In this document: positions 34,428 through 35,296 of the stretch, in pieces
Layout: each line of letters starts with the position of its first letter
How positions within the stretch are numbered: the stretch's first letter is position 1
NCBI GenBank assembly: GCA_029717555.1
Contig: JAMDHS010000033.1
Coordinates: 186,001 to 221,296 of the forward strand
Reading direction: 5' to 3'
Origin: Peribolospora baueri
Taxonomy: Eukaryota
DNA length: 35,296 bases
Position numbers and translations under genes: made by a program
The notes under the pieces: model-generated
Told to the model about the DNA's origin: nothing
Databases searched by the model: none
What the model saw: the letters and a program-made list of their open reading frames with translations, nothing else

Positions 34428-35296
34428 CTAGGACGTCGGGAGGACGTAGTTGTCATTACTGGTCGTGTAGAGGACACCTTCGCTAATGAGGTGCTCGACT
34501 TGCTCCCTGCGCAAGGAAAAAAAGGAATGAGTGGGGCACAGAGGAAGGGGAAAGGGATCGTTTGTCGTCAGCCCGAGCTCGTCCCAAGTCGCACATCTCA
34601 TCCTTTCGCGCGAAGAGACGACCGTCGAACGAGGTTGGAGGGGGGACGGGGGCGGGGCCGCGGGTACGACAACTCACTGCACCTGCCCAGCGAAAACCGG
34701 CAAAGCCCTCGCGATTTCCTGGACGTGTACGCCCACCTTGCCGACCTCGTTGTCCCCTTCCATCCGGTCGTGGACGAACTGCATGATCTTGCGCTGCGCC
34801 GGTAGGGGAAGGTACGCGTACTGTTCTCCCCCCGCACCCGCGCCCGCGCCCGCACCCACACCCGCTCCCTGGCCCGCGCCGAGGGCGTAGGCGGAGTAGG
34901 CGCCTGCGGAGGTAGTGTCGCCGATGGCACCCGCCGTTTGGCCGCCTTGGCCATGCTGTTGTCGGGAGAGGGAACGAAGGGAAAGCAGAGGAGGAGGCAA
35001 AGGTCAGCCTCAGTGTGCTCGTCCAGTCGACGCAAGCCGACCGACCACCTAAATCCAGCGCAGCGTATCCCGTCGCGACCGGTAGCGTCGCTCACCAAAG
35101 GCCCCTTGGTCAGTTGCAAATGCACGGAAATGGCCTCCAAGAAATGGTACTGGATCTCGTTAAAGTCGGTGATCACCCTCATGTGCGCGGCGTTGACGTG
35201 TCGCTTGTTGGAGAATGTCTTCAGCGAACCGAGCACGCGGATGTAGACGTTTTCTCTGCGAGCGGCGTGGGAGGTTTTGGGGGGGGGGGGGGGGGG
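34428..35296 (-). CDS. RFA2: Replication protein A 32-kDa subunit (5' part lies beyond the window end)
   Basis: End of the OB fold (YIRVLGSLKTFSNKRHVNAAHMRVITDFNEIQYHFLEAISVHL; exon starts at 35255), a G/A-rich linker, and a winged helix (GVHVQEIARAL...EHLISEGVLYTTSNDNY); stop at 34428. Confidence 0.92.

Noticed and set aside
35279..35296. Terminal poly(G) run as a telomere or G-quadruplex
   Set aside because: It lies in an RPA32 intron (poly-C on the sense strand) at the window edge; a homopolymer or assembly break is more likely.
1..35296. Prokaryotic systems (CRISPR, operons, IS elements) or a secondary-metabolite cluster
   Set aside because: All genes are eukaryotic and mostly spliced housekeeping genes; no repeat-spacer array, transposase, PKS or NRPS is visible.

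Overview
GC-rich, intron-rich eukaryotic DNA from a fungus, most likely a basidiomycete (Ustilaginomycotina-like; this is an inference from gene content and GTGAGY...CTRAC...YAG introns of about 70-300 nt). The ORF track is fragmented by introns. Manual splicing gives 16 tightly packed protein-coding genes, mostly in head-to-head pairs: Bem46/ABHD13 (partial), COQ9, CDC123, mitochondrial uL15m, RRP8, PIG-M/GPI14, a small orphan, an Rpr2/SNM1-like Zn protein, a DUF1992/DNAJC28-like protein, COA2, C1-THF synthase, a three-exon NuiA-like gene, bleomycin hydrolase, AMPK/SNF1 beta subunit, LUC7 and RPA32 (partial). No transposon, tRNA, rRNA or CRISPR signal was seen. The best leads are: (1) a spliced 212-aa gene resembling the cyanobacterial nuclease inhibitor NuiA, divergently paired with bleomycin hydrolase; (2) a CCGCAGY motif 71-79 nt upstream of five start codons; (3) a COA2 locus with introns in both UTRs and a uORF whose stop overlaps a second in-frame ATG. 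All family assignments are from recalled motifs, not database searches.
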